A stretch of 51,293 bases of DNA, filler included, from Circinaria calcarea (GCA_051942165.1; 3 parts of 3 records of this genome joined end to end with filler, not necessarily neighbours in it), one strand, 5' to 3'. Shown: positions 24,098 through 37,909, counted from the whole stretch's first letter. Notes: generated by a model from the sequence alone, not told the origin. Translations and numbers: made by a program.

Positions 24098-24435
24098 ACT
24101 TGCAAATTATCAGACTTCTTCGAGACAACCATGTAGTCATGCCATACGGTCGTCGTACAGCAGGTCGTCCACCGTTCAACTCTCCAAGGTCACTTTTCGC
24201 GACTATGGCGCGTCAGTCGGATCGAGAAAATAGACCGCGTTTGGAACTGGGCACACTTGACAGCCGCGCGGCTAATCAACCTGGGCAATTAGCCGTCACT
24301 GATTGGTTTATTGACAGCATCCATGGCCCCGATGCACTCGGTCTTGACTTTTCCTCTAGTTCCGCAGAGGAGCTCGATACCCCCCGCAGTATCTACACCC
24401 TCGAGGACTTGAGGGCGCAACAGGACCGTTTTGCT

Positions 24436-25948
24436 ATGTCATCAGCTCTTGCGCCTGCCGCCGGAAGCGTCTCTCCTTCCAATTCACCGCGTTTGCCAAG
24501 TCCGCCGCCATTTCCAGAAGTGCAGCTGGGTCCTAAGTCTCCTAATCCAGGCAGCGCGAGCAGGTCCACTTTGCAAGATATCAATGACGCGACTTTTCTT
24601 GATGGTGGAGCCACGAGGAGGATACGCCCGGGAACAAAGGCGGTGGACATGGCCTCTGGGCCTCCCTTAATTCCCCTTTCCGAGGTAAAGTCTTCAATCG
24701 ATGGATATCTCATTCTTGAAGAGTAAAGCTGCATAACGGTGCGGCTAATACTTGCTGCAGCTCGATTCGCCATTTCAACTGCAAGAACACCTCAAAGCTC
24801 TCTATTACCACCATACCAAATCCGACACTAATCAAACAACCATACCTATTACCCATGAGACTGCGCTGATTATCGCCACTCCTCCTGAAAACGTTGATCG
24901 ATCTTTGTGGTTGTACGAACTATGTCGCTTCCTGGTTCAGAAGGCCAACAACCTCATTGTGGCATTTTTCTGCGACTCCCCTCCCTGCTCTGCTCAGACT
25001 TGTCCCGAAATGCGAGCTTCGGAGTGGCAGTATCTCTGTGCCGTACACGATCCACCGAAATCATGCTGTGCGATCGATTACTGCTGCCACACGCTCGATT
25101 GGGCTGCAAACATTCTCACCTCTCAGAAGCACTTTCCTAGCCGCCTGACTCTGGGAAGTGACGCTGCCGGAGGAAGCCAACAGAGCGTGAGGCAACTTGC
25201 AAACATATTCCGTCGAGTCTACCGCATGTTTGCTCATGCTTGGTTCCAGCATCGTCAGGTTTTCTGGAACGTTGAAGCCAACGAGGGGCTCTACATCTTC
25301 TTCAAAACGGTGTGCGACTTCTACAATCTAATCCCAGAGGAAAATTACACTGTACCACCAGAAGCCGAAGGCAGTAGTGCCGAGGAGAGGCAGACAGGCG
25401 AAGAGAAGGGACCGCACTCGGATCTTAGTGCAGGTGTCCGACACAGCAGTATCGTAGAAAAGCCCAAGGAAGAGACACATGATCATACAGAGGAAAGTGC
25501 AGAAGCGACAACCACAATTAGTACCGGCGCTACCACGCGGAGACATAAGCACACCCCGTCCACCGGCTCATTAGTCACAACGATCCTCGAAGGCGAAGAG
25601 GAAGAGTCAAGACCGACTCCTGAATCATCACTCCCTCCAACTCCCCAACAACAGATACATCAACCAGCACCTGAGCCATCCAAATTGTCCGCGTCACTCC
25701 CGTTTCGATTCGAATCCGGCGAGGTAGAGGAGAAGAGCGACGGAGATGATCTGCGCGGTCCCGCCCATGATGAACAGCATAAGCTCAAGGACGAGGGCAA
25801 TGAAGAAGAGAAGGCCTCTGAAAAGGTCGATACCCATGTTCCTGAGGATAAGGCAGACGCCAAGGCAGAACCACACGAGGTAGCGCAGGATGAAGCTGAG
25901 GGGCCGGAAGGTACGGAGAAGGAGTCAAACGTTGTAGGAGACGAATGA
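24436..25948 (+). CDS. mob-3: MOB4/phocein-type STRIPAK subunit (fungal MOB3)
   Basis: Intron 24685-24760 joins GPPLIPLSE|LDSPFQLQE; WLYELCRFL, TCPEMRASEWQYLCAVH, CCAIDYCCHTLD, FPSR, RRVYRMFAHAWFQH; acidic tail. Confidence 0.92.
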
Positions 25949-27120
25949 GCGGGTGTCCAGCACTAGGCGTTGTTTGCTCCCCTTGTGCAATTCTTCTGCG
26001 TCTTACGAGATACCCCCCAGATCGGAACTGGTCTGTTAGTTCGGAGGCAGGATTTGTTCTTGTTCACGATGAGATGTTCGATGCGATAAGTGCTGATAGA
26101 AATGGGAAAGGAACCCTTTGCACAACGAGATCTCCCGGCTTCTGGGATTTACATGAATTGAGCGACTGACAGGAGAAAAGAGTATATCTTACATAATCCT
26201 CCCCTGGCTTCATGTCATCTATTGCTCTCCGTGTCGCTCTCGCGAAGGATGATCGGCCGAGACAAGCTAGGAGACCATAAAGGGGGGTCCCATATTCTCC
26301 ATCTAACCCTCGAAACCGTTTCCAAGCTGTTCGTATACGGTGTATTCTAAACTCAACAGTCCCCCCCCCCTCCGGTGATGCCATCCCCCCTCCAATTTGA
26401 ACAATATCCACACTCCTCCATTTCACGCCCCCTGGATCCCGCAACGAGGGGAGGTCCTCGTTTCCCCAACTCCACGGATCTCTGTGGAGCTTCTTATTTT
26501 CCTAAATCATGTACCTGGATCATGTACAGAGAGAATGGAGCTACCTGGAGAGGGCACCTCCATGCAGGGGCTACTACGCGTGTGGTGGGTACGGAGTAGA
26601 CCCTCTGTACGAGTGGATCCGAACTCACACGGGTTTGTGTTTGTGTTGTGGCGATACGCGTGCTTTAGGGACCAAGGTTCAATGTTCACGGATTTGAATT
26701 GAATTTTTGTTCGTGATTCGGGTAGCTCCCCCCTTTTCCTTTTCTTTCTCCCTCGAATGCCAACGGTAATTGGTTTTCCCCCTTCGAAGGATAGGGCTTT
26801 TAAATTCTGCTTTCATCGAAAAGGAGGTTGGAAGAATCGTTGAGATGCGTGGTCTTTCGTTGGAGGCAACAACGTTCGAGTTTGTTATCCTGGCATTCAG
26901 ACGCCGTGCTAAGTTCTTGTCACTATCCGTCGATTTCACGATTTTCTTCTTTATATTAATCAGAGTCCGACCCTTTGAGAGATCAACGAACTAGGCTCAA
27001 AGCAAATTTCTAACGGGATGGGGGAAACTGGAAAATAGGCCTAGGGCGCTCGCGTTCGTGGTACCATGACGCTGGCCGAACACTAGAGCCGAGTGAAGAC
27101 GTAAGTCTAGCGCGGAAATC

Positions 27121-29045
27121 TCAATCGAGCTCTTCATAGTCTTGAAACGGCCAATACTTTTCAACGCAGAGTCTATCCTCATCATCCTCCGCTTCATCCA
27201 GCCATTCCTTTTTCAACCGCCGGTTCTCCTCCGCAACTTCCTCGTATGATTCGTTTCTGACCCATCCGTCCTGGCCCAGGTCGTCCAAGACGGAGCGCCA
27301 GTGTTTCAGTAGAATCGTAGCTGTGAACCAATTCTTTTCCGTGCGGTAAAACTCTTCTTCGTCCACTGTCGCGAACTTCACCGGGCATACGATTCTCTCG
27401 GAGGCACCAGACACGAACTGGCCCCAATTGGCGACGGCTCTGACGAGCGCTCCTTTCAAAGTTATCGTGTTGCCACTCCATTGCCGCCCAGCTCTATCAA
27501 CCAAATGTTGGCGGATCGATAGGAGCGGATCACGAAGAGCACTGAGATGGGATTTGTTGTCTTTGCCGTTGAAAATCATGTATGAATAAAGTAGCATCCT
27601 CCGTCGATGAAGCTCCTCCGCCTGAAACTTCTCATGGGGGTTGAGAGACTGATAATTATCTGGGAGAGAAGGCTTTTCAAAGCCCTTTGGAGGTTCAGAG
27701 TCAGGGTTCTCGAATAGCGGTGGATTCCCCGCCGTCAGCAACAAAGGCAGAATAGTTGTGTATTGCCAGTCGATGATACATGAGACCTCACAAGATTCGG
27801 ACACAAAAATGTTAGTTGGGTTAAGATCTGTACTCCAGTCATTAAGAGAACATTAGAAAATAGTTTCCGGGATGGTTACCTGGGTGACGCAAAGTAGGTC
27901 GGTTTAGTGCATTGTCACGATCCCGCGGTAGGATATAAGGGCATATAGACAGATATTTGTCCAACAAATCGAGGTAGTTCTCGGGGTGGATCTCGCCCTT
28001 GAGAACAGTGTTATGGGGGAATTTATTCATTCGAGGCTTCCCAAACTTGCGGGTCCATTCCATCTCTCGCAAGCCGACTGAATGAAGATAGTCGCGCGGA
28101 TCACTCCCTGTTCACATGTGTGATCAGTAATTCATACGGTGAAATAGAGGAGAAAGACTAACAGGGCCCTCGATTCAAGTCAAGCTGTGCACGCTTGCCA
28201 CGCCAGAACATATAGTCGGTAGTCGGGCCAATGCAAAATCGACTTGCATCGCGGTTTTGGTCTGGCGTCTCACGTCTGTAGAGATCGGCTTGGAGGTGCA
28301 AAGGCAAGTCGCCCTTATAATACAAGCTACCATAGGAATCCAAAGAAAAAGAGAATAGTCTTCGCTCAATTTCAACGAAGCTTGTCACTAAACGCACTCT
28401 TTCCTTTGGTGTCAGACTATACCATCGCTCTTCCAGGGGCTCTCCCGAAGCCTTTTCCATAATAATATATTCTACCCCAACCGCATTATCTTTATCTGAG
28501 GACCAGGCGTAGACATGAGGAACAGGTACTCCATTCGAACGTAAAAAGTCCAATGTGGCAACTTCACTCTTTGTTGTCAAGTGCTCCGGAACCATAAGAG
28601 AATATAGAACCTTAGCAATAACCTCAAACCCGTCGTCCATGGTGAGAAGAAAAACTCTGTTAAAGCCACCCTCTGCAAGTTTCTTGATATCTGCAACGCA
28701 ATCTCGACCAAGGCATTTTGCAGTGATATTCTTGAGGGCTGTAACGTCGAATTCAACATGTCTCTCGGCTAGGCGAAGTCTCTCGTTGTAGAGGTAGCGA
28801 CCGGAGGTGTAGGTAAAAAGCTTTCCGTTTGGTTTCGAGCCTGTCGATGCAAGCATGATTGCTGTAGATTGATACCTCCTGAATGCATATGAGTCTAGGT
28901 ACTTAGGAATAACGGGGCCTGAGGCATGAGTGAAGTGGCTTGCAAAAGGATTGAGTCGCGTTGAGGAGCGAGCGAGAGTGAAGAGAGGTGTACAGGGAAT
29001 GGAAGGGGAAGCATAAGACAGTGTTTGATTAACGATTGTCGGCAT
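27121..29045 (-). CDS. APH/phosphotransferase family protein, Aim9-like (3 exons; start may be 28856)
   Basis: FTYTSGRYL, LAEGGFNRVFLL, SEVATLDFLR, EYIIMEKASG, RHP|DLNPTNIFV, IIDWQ, DGWV, terminal WPF. Confidence 0.85.
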
Positions 29046-29092
29046 AATGAGTTTACAGTCGGGTGGGGGGTTTTCTAGTCAAACCAAGTCTC

Positions 29093-29126
29093 CCACTTAG
29101 TATCGGTCCACTTAGTATCGGTCCAC
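29093..29126. repeat. 15-bp tandem repeat CCACTTAGTATCGGT x2.3
   Basis: Copies at 29093-29107 and 29108-29122 plus CCAC. Confidence 0.8.
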
Positions 29127-29375
29127 CGTAGTGATTCGCCTGTTTGACACGAGATTGCGCCCGAGGATTTCCTAAGAGGACAAGTATGCTTCCCTAGTAC
29201 GACGAGTATATGAGAGGAATAACACTTTGGTGGTACATTATGTAAGCTATAAGAAAGGTGAATCCGGTTCCATGCAGGAATATCCTTCATACTATTAACG
29301 CTTCATGAATCGAGAGGGATAAGCAAGTAGCACATCCGTACCAAACGCCCGAGATGAACAAAAAGAATAGGAGAC

Positions 29376-31286
29376 TCAATGGCGCAGATCAGACCCCGAC
29401 ATAACTCGCCGCAGACCTTGGGTGGCCCACGAAACCTTGGTCGTCAGCTTCTCGAACTCCCTAGAGCGAGCCCAGAACTCCTTGTACAGGTTGTCAATCT
29501 CCTTCTTGTATAGATCTATAGTCTCTCTCCGTAAAACCATACCGTTGATTGATCTTACCAATGGCTTGTCCGGCGAAGCGATGATAATTAGGGACTTGCT
29601 CAAGCGCACTGGCTCGCCGGTAGTCTGGTTTGCCCGTTGGACCATGGGCCAGATATGGTCAATGACCTTCCTCCGCTGCTTGATCTCGAGAACCCTACTG
29701 GTCATCTCCACAATCAGAAAAGGCTTTTTCCGACCTTCACCGCCAACGAGGGCAGTCCGAATGTTGGGATGACGCTGAATTTCCGTCTCCATCTCTGCTG
29801 CATGCAAGCGGCCGCTAGAGAGCAGTATGACTTCGTCAGTCCGCCCAGCAAAGGCCCAAGTGTCGGGTTCGGTCGGATGCTTGGCGAATAGGTCATGGGT
29901 ATAGAATCGGTCTAGCCCGGGGTATATGCTGAAGACTTGTTGCCAGCGTGTGAGCTCTGGCTTTTGGGTCAGGACTAGCTCGTACAGATTTCCAGAATGG
30001 TGCTCAAACTCGAAACCCATCATAGGATGGAATCGGTAGTAGTTCCAGTTTGCCGAATCTAGAACAAAGTTCGTGAATAGTCCAACTTCTGTACTGCCAA
30101 TAATCGGTATAAGCTTCGTGTGCTGGGAAATGAGATCTCCTGTCCGCTTGTCCAACGGGGCGCCTGCAAAAGCCGCGAACTTGAGTTTCTTGACACGCTC
30201 AAGCATCGGTGTGACCTGCGTGATGTCCTGGTACAGCGAAGAAGGATAGACCACGCCGCTGACATTTCCAAACTGAAGTACCTTGTCGGCCATTTCTGGG
30301 GAAGTTGTCATTCCACTCGAAGGGCCGGTGACCAGTGTCATATTCCAGAAAACCGTCAACTGCAGCGCCATGAACATTTTGATAACCTGTCAAATTTGGT
30401 TAGACGGTTATGACGCAGAAACATTGAATGGGTGTCACATACATGAACAGCGGGTAATGGACAGAAAACTCGCGAGTTTGCAAAGTGATGATGTAGGAGC
30501 TCTTCGTTAGGATCTGGTAAGAGGTGGCCAGCATCAAAAACTGTCATCATCTGGTTGGTATACACTATGAGCTTGGGTAGACCTGCGGGTAACGGGTCTA
30601 CTATTAGATTGGGCAAGATAGAGGTCAAGGATGCTTACCAGTGGTACCAGACGTATGGAATATCATTATGGGGTCGTCCTTGGCATCGCTGAACGTCTTG
30701 TCGTATATGTATGGTTTCGGGGCTCCTTCGCTAAACCACTCACTTAGACTAGGTATGGTCACTTGCCGAAATACCGGCCACTCTGTATGTAGCTCTTTGA
30801 CAACGTGAACGGTGGATTCCGCACACAAGTATGTCCGGCATCCCGTCGAATCGAGAAGATGAATGCGGGCTTTCAATGGCAGAGTTGGCGTGGTAAGTAG
30901 AATCTAGCCAAACTGTCAGCGGCACTCGCGCATGTATTGCTTTGCGGATATGATGCACTTTATACCTTCTTTCCAACTTTGATAGCCGCCACTGCCAACA
31001 CTGGGTATCTTAGGTCCTTGGGTCCATTGTAAGCAAAAGTCTCAAAGCGACCCTCGCTTTTTCCAAGGACTGCGCTCAGCCACCAAGCAGCTCTATTTAT
31101 TGCATCTGCAAACTCTCGGTAGGTGATGTCTCTAAACCCTTTGGATATGTCATCATCGTCTCGTGGCATAGAAGCCCAGACCCTGTCGGGATTCTTTTCG
31201 GCGCAATGGTCGATTACCACAGGGAGGAGTCTTTTACCCGGCTCCATCCCTGGGGGATACGAGTTCTCTTCTCCAAATCTGTGCAT
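29376..31286 (-). CDS. Adenylate-forming (ANL) enzyme resembling the A domain of NRPS-like reductases
   Basis: ITYREFADAIN, FHTSGTTG|LPK, FAGAPL, GSTEVG, FYTHDLF, GRTDEVILLSSG; three introns; ends ~30 codons after LYKKEIDNLY. Confidence 0.85.
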
Positions 31287-32525
31287 GATGATGACCTTGC
31301 TATGTGTGTAGAAAGAACCAATGCACAATAATAAGAGTCGAGATCGGGATAAGTTTGAATCTAACAAGGTCTATAAAATCCGAAGAAAGAACTCCGAAAT
31401 GGTGAAGTATTAAGTTACAGTGAAATAAGTAATGTGGGAGCGGAAGAGTCTAAAGCGACAGATCAGATACATATGATGAAGATCGAAGCCGGCTAGAGTT
31501 GAGAGGAGGAATAAATAAACGGCATACGCCAAGTAATTATCGAGGCTGAAACAACTGCTACTCTCACACGAGGCAGCCGTGAGATCACGATGCTATAAGC
31601 ACCGGCTTTAGTAAAATGTCTGATGAAAACACGGGTGTGGCGTGCAGCCGCCAGATGCATAGTAATGTTACATCCCTCTATGTGACGATGTAACGGGAAA
31701 TTGTAGGGCTGAGAGTGGTTGATCGACCATAGTATTCGTACGATAACACTCTCCACGTCCCAAATCCGCGAATCACTCGACACGCCAAGAAAAGATGTAC
31801 AGACAGCGCATACCTGGAGACGGACGAAAAGGCGAAAGGAGGGACATGCCGTCGAAGCGGTGCAAAGGCTCGGGTCAGTCATCAAGTTGCCAGCTCCATC
31901 TCCAGACCTATGCGTCACACCATGCAGCTGCCAATAAGCAACAGAAAAGGCTCCCGCTAAAGATAACATTTTGGACTCGCCATAGGATGTCATCCCCAGT
32001 CATCTTCTCGGATTAGGGTCCGAATAAGCTGACGGGAGCCCCAAGCGTCAGAATCAAACCATGTGGTGGCTATGCCAGGGCTGACACCTGAGTCTTGCGT
32101 GTACTCTATCTATAGTGAGAGGCTGCAGAAGGGCATCGGCAGTATTGTAGAAATGAGGCCCCGTAGTAATGCGAAAACACGAAAACAGTTGATCAAACAC
32201 CTGGAGGCATGACTAAAGAAATTGCTGCCCAGGGAAGCGTGGGGATGGTAAACATAGTAGCCGACCGGCACCGTGTTGAGAGAAGCTTGTGATGCTAGAG
32301 GATGCATCGTCGATGCTCTCTTCTCCAGATTATTCGTTGTCTTCAATGTAACGCGGAGAGGAGGGAGAGGAGAAAGAGTTAATCTTTAAAAACCGGCTTA
32401 TGAACGGGCCGGAATTTGAAATATGAAACAAACGTCACTGGGATTGATTTAAGACCAGACGGTGAAACTGATCTCTATACATATTGAACGCCTAACAGCT
32501 TCCACGGCCTCTTTGTGGGAACGCA

Positions 32526-33443
32526 ATGCGGTCAACGATACGGTTGCTCGCCAGCGTTAAGTCCGGCCGATATCTAGAGCCTGGTAACCCGACTGGTCTA
32601 ACGGGCCTCTTCACCCACCCTGCACCTCGATCTACACTCGTCTATCTCTACAGCTCCACGCTCGACAAGCTCAAGGCATTCCCAGAGTCTTCCGTATATC
32701 GCCAATCGGCAGAATCAATCACGCGTCATCGCCTCAAGATTGTCGAGTCCATTAAACCTGACGGTTATGATGCATGGTCAGAGAAGGCGAGGAAGACAAT
32801 CGCCGATCATCCTGAAGTCTTCAACACACCGGAAGGGCGTACCGCGCACGACAAAGGGAAAAACATCCGGAGTGTACATGATGGCAGGACCTTTGTAACG
32901 ACGCAATTGCCGGAGGAGCAGGATGAGCGTTTGGTGGAGTGGGACGGGGAGAAAGCACCGGCGGAGCTTGAAGGAACGAGGACCCGAGCAGAGAGAAAGA
33001 GTCAGCGGCTACTGGGTATGGAAAGGCCCGGGTCGGATCAGAAGACTGTGGAATGGACACCGGAGCCACCGTTAGCAGCTTCGCAGTAAGTAGATATTTA
33101 CTCAGAGTGACGGGAAGAAGACCTCGCTGACCGATCTTGTCCTTTGCAGAGTTGAGGAAATGGAAAATCAGATAGGAGCAGGTCTGATCGAAGAAGTCAT
33201 ACAAGTTGCAGAAGGCGAACTGAAGCTTGTAGACACAATGTTGGAATCTCGGATGTATGTTGCCTCAATATCCAAGTCCGATCCATCCACCATGTTGACG
33301 CTAATACCTTGTCGTTGACCATGCTAACCATTGACCACAGATGGGAAGAGCTGGAAGAGAAAGCCCCTCAGGGCCAGTGGGAATACTTTGCTCGCGACCT
33401 ACATATGCCCACGACCCAAGCGCCTCCTAATCCTAGTAAATAA
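32526..33443 (+). CDS. NDUFA5: NADH:ubiquinone oxidoreductase 29.9 kDa subunit (NDUFA5)
   Basis: PTGLTGL..HPAPR, SVYRQS; introns 33086-33149 and 33255-33340 give VEEMENQIGAGLIEEVIQVAEGELKL and WEELEEKAPQGQWEYF; TAA 33441-33443. Confidence 0.93.
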
Positions 33444-34166
33444 ATGCACTGGTACATATCAACACTTTTGCAAGCCTCAATGTTTGGTGTTTTGAGATTT
33501 CTCTAAAAGGAAATGCTTAGCTTGACCTACACCGATTTCACGAAGCCCGGTTCACCTTAATGTACTACATAAGCTGCCTGACGAGGTAGCGTTTTGACCA
33601 GCACAAAAAAATGACTGCTTCACCCTTCACTCCACATGCTTTTCGAAAATCGCTTAAACTTGCCTTCATCTAGATCTGCCCTCTTTTCCCTACAACCTTC
33701 CACCTCAGTAACTCATCTCCGTCTCCAAGTCTTCATTTCAACCTTCAAGTGCCAGCAATCTTAAGGAATCCCAGAAGGCCGTCGCATTGATGATATCAAG
33801 TCGAAAGTTGAAGCTTACGAAAGTAGAAGGAACAGTTGGATCTTCTTGCGCAAAAAATCCGCAAAATTGGATCCCCTTGGACCAACACCTCTTGAAAGGT
33901 TTGATTCTTACCGTCTTAGATGGTAAGGTAAAACTCTGTTAGTTATTTAATTACTCTCAAAACGGATCCGTGCAGTTATTAGGAAAAAAGCTTGGTAGCC
34001 TTGTGCTCCCCCCCCCCACCCCAGCCAGGTAAACTCCTTCTTCTCACTGGGCTAAGGGGTAGGGATAGGAAGCTATGCAGAAAGAATTGCATAAGTTGCC
34101 CCATCCTTTTTTTTTGGGCAAAAATAGGGCTTCCTTATTGCGGTTTCGACAACCCCGTCTCCGCGC

Positions 34167-34266
34167 NNNNNNNNNNNNNNNNNNNNNNNNNNNNNNNNNN
34201 NNNNNNNNNNTTAATTAATTAANNNNNNNNNNNNNNNNNNNNNNNNNNNNNNNNNNNNNNNNNNNN
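34167..34266. other. Artificial contig spacer N44-TTAATTAATTAA-N44
   Basis: Identical 100-nt spacer, linker at 34211-34222. Confidence 0.97.
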
Positions 34267-35078
34267 CTCACCCCCCTCACCCCAACACCTTCTCTTTTTC
34301 TTTGTCGGGTTCAGGGCGTGGGCGTGGACGTGTACGTCGTACCCGGTATTCCGTATCCTCCCATATTCCCCAGGTTGGGTAACACTTTCCCCTCGAAGAA
34401 GCGAGACAGGGAGAGAGAGGGAGAGAGGGAGAGAAGGAAGGGGGACGTGAAGGGAATAAGATAATAGGAAATAGCTAATAGCTAATGGCTAGGGCTAGGG
34501 GGATTTATGGGGTGAGTTTTTGTTTTGCTTGTCCGCTGGCTAGGCGGAGAGTAGGCGGGCGGGTAGTCCTAGACGTTAGGCACGGGGCGGAAGTCGTGCT
34601 GGGCGTAGTAAGGGGGCCCGTCCGGGGACGTGAGCGATTAGGACTCGAAAACGCCCCCTGGACCCGACTGGACGGGAAAAAATCAAATTCGCCCCCCGGG
34701 ACCCCTATCCTCCGCACACTTCTGTCTGTGCCGGACTGGACAGCAAAAAACGAAACTATCTATCCTTTTAAAAACAACGTCGATATGTGAAGAAGAGTAG
34801 TAAACCCCGAGAACCGAGGAATGGGACGGGGAAAGGAAAAACCCGGAGCTGGATTAGAAAAAGCCAATAGGCATTGCAGATGTATGCATGCGTACTGCAA
34901 AGTTGAAACGCTACTTCCAACCCCGGGAGAGGGGGGGTAATCTAGCAGGCATCTGCACAAATGCCACAAAAAAGCCCATGCAGAAGTCCATCTGAGGTGG
35001 ATTGATTGCTCCATCTCTTCTATGATTCCCCACTGCTATCAATCGCCAAGCCCCATGCATGCATATTCGCTACGAGTA

Positions 35079-37909
35079 TCATCCCGAGGTCTTTGCAAAC
35101 ACAAACGACACGCCGTTTCCCTCATCCTTGAGCACACTGAGCAAGGCCCCGTCATGTATCAGAGCTTCCATGTCCTCATCTTGCTCCGTCGCAAACTTTG
35201 AAGTGTTGACGTGCGAATATGCCATGAGTGACTGCATTTTTCCGGCACTCCCCTGCTGTTTGGTTGCTTGGTTGTCTTCCCTGATCCTACGTTCCTGCTC
35301 AGCTATGTTAACTTGAGAAGCTTTAATCAGCTGTGGACGATCCGTGAAGTCGTCCTCTTCTTCGCCGACTTCTTCCGGAATATGGTCAATGTCAACAAAG
35401 CCCTCATCCGGAGCGGAATCATCCGACATCCCTCTTCCGCCGCATTTGCATCCGATCAGTTCGTGAGTCTGACAGCCCAGGTTTTCGTCGAGTCTGAACA
35501 GATCCTTCAATTCTTCTCTCGTAAAGCTACTGGTTCCTCCCTTTTGATCCATGACACTACTCGCAAGCCCTAGTTTCGTGACTTGTCTTTGCCAGATTTT
35601 CTCATCTAACCCGCCGGCCATAAGGAATCGATAAATGACGCAAGGTCTCTTTTGCCCGTCTCGATGTATCCGCGCCATGGCTTGCAAATCAATCGAAGGA
35701 TTCCAGTCCACATCAAAGAGCGCAAGACGTGAGGCCCCAATTAGATTTAGACCCATGCCGCCCGCTTTAGCAGACAAAAGAAATGCAAAACAATCCGAGG
35801 AAGGTCTGCGATTGAAGGCGTCAACAAGATCTTGGCGTTTAGCCGACGGTGTCGAGCCATCGAGGCGGAGAAACGGCAAAGCAAGAGAGGTAAGCAGAGT
35901 AGAGAGTAGATCAAGAGTTGATGTGAAGTTGGATACGAGGACAATCTTCTCACTAGTCGTGGTGCGGAGGGTATGAAGGAGTTGATCGAGCACGCGAATT
36001 TTAGTACTACTTGTTGCGCTGTTGCGAAGCAGATGAGCAGGTATTGCGGATAGAAGAGAAGCGGTCATGGGGCTGACGGGCTGGTCTGGATTGCTAGTTA
36101 CCTTGGAATCGAGTAACTTTGGGCTATTACAGACTTTCTTCAAGATGGTGATTAGTTGGAGATGAGCCTCTGGACTTCCGAGAGCCGTCTGAAACATAGG
36201 CGATGTGAGTATATGCCGATATATTGAGGCTTGCGTAGCGGTTGGACGGCATAGGAGAACATACTCCGTCTTCGGTGGCAGGTACTTGGAGAGGATATCA
36301 GCAGTCCGCCGAAGGATGAAGACTTTGGTCAGATCGTTCAGTTCTTCGCTGCTTGCATCACCCCTTTCGATATCTTTTCCGAGCGCTTCGGGTTGCCTAC
36401 CCTTCACAATAGGAACCTCGAACTTCTTGGTAAATTCCTTGAAGGTACCTAGCAGGCAGGGATTGATGAAATCTACCATCATGAAGAATTCGCTCAGATC
36501 ATTCTGAATCGGGGTACCCGAAAGCAGGACACGCCTCGGAGTAATGAGAGATTTGATGGCCTGAGCACTCTTATTCTTTGCAGTTTTCAGCCGATGTCCT
36601 TCGTCTGCGATAATTATGTCGATACCGGAACCTTTCTTTAGCTCCTCTTGAACATTCCTCAGCTTTTCATAGCCGATGATCATGATGCTGTAGCTTTTCC
36701 CCATGGTAAAATCTGTAAGCCTTGACTTGGTATTGTCCGCTACAAAAACTCCGATCCTCTCATTGCCCAGCCATTTGCGGAACTCCTTTCGCCAATTGTT
36801 TATCAAAGTGACAGGGCAGACTATTAGTGCTTTTTTGATCACCGGAGCATCCTCGTAGATTGGATTCTGCTTCAGAAGCGTCCAGAGAAGTGCAATTGTT
36901 TGTAGTGTTTTCCCGAGCCCCATTTCATCAGCTAAAATTGCACCTTGACCGTCAAAACCGCGCATACCCATTACACACTCATAGAGAAACTTGACACCCT
37001 CGGTTTGATGGTCACGGAGATGTCTTGTAAGAATGGGGTCGACTACGACATCGACGATCTGTTTACCTTTCGGTACGCTCTTTGGCCGCTTCATAACAAT
37101 TGCTCCAGGAGTATTGGGGTCGTGTCGTGGTGTTGGCTCCTTCCCTTCTTTCTTGGCCATTACTGTGCTCGCCAGCATGGGGTTCTTCCAACGCGCTTGT
37201 GTGGCCATGGTCTTTGGTGCTGCCACATTTAGTGTCTTTTTCGTTTCCTCCTTCTCGACAACAGTCATGACCTTTACTGCTGGCTTAGGTTTTGGCTTTG
37301 GCAAAGCTTTTACTTCCATGACGGGTGCGGGCTTGGGAGTACTTGTGTTGAGAAAGGCCTTCCCCGATAGGTACTCTTTCTTAGACATTATGGAGTCCAC
37401 TTCAACCTCCTTTCCCCCTATCGACAGAGTTGATCCAGGCAACAGTGGATCACCGAAGGCCGTTCTGCCCATATCTTTCCCCGAGATGTCTTTCAGATAA
37501 GCATATCCACCGGAGACAGAAACGATGCCATCACCGTCCCATGTCTTGTGTTTCTTCGTTGTAAACTTGCGCCTAGGTTTCAGCATCAGAACTCATTCAT
37601 ATTGCAAGAAACTGTGGAGGTCCAAAGCTACCATAAGACGTTGTAGTATGTCTCCGTGTCTCTCTCCGAAGGAGTGATGACCTCACTTGTTGCATTCGGA
37701 TTTTTGACTGCCAGGAGTGGTTTCCGAGGTAGTGAAGATATACCTGGGTTCTTGAAGACCAATTGAGGGCCTCTCAAGTTGTCCGTCTTCTCGACCTCAT
37801 CATCTAAACGCCTTCTCTTGGCTGGAGGGGCCTCATCAGCAGTTTCCTTGGGGGGCGCTGCGGAGGGAGTTTGCTTAAGCAGCGGAGACCGAAAAGGTTT
37901 TCCGAACAT
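35079..37909 (-). CDS. RDH54: Rad54B/Rdh54 SNF2-family DNA translocase
   Basis: Intron 37573-37631 joins YYNVLW|RKFTTKKHKTWDGDG (Rdh54/Rad54B N-terminal signature); ILADEMGLGKT, DEGHRLK, SGTPIQNDL, WNPSIDLQAMARIHRDGQ. Confidence 0.92.

Noticed and set aside
26200..27000. Possible DNA-transposon relic with recurring CGGAT-like motifs
   Set aside because: No TIR pair, TSD or transposase motif could be established.
29093..29126. CRISPR-like repeat
   Set aside because: Two abutting copies without spacers in a eukaryotic genome.
34488..34502. CTAGGG x2 telomere-like repeat
   Set aside because: Two non-canonical units only.
34267..34790. Gene fragment at the start of contig 3 (ORF 34485-34790)
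   Set aside because: Both strands give plausible-looking frames, low-complexity purine tracts intervene, and no family motif was recognised.
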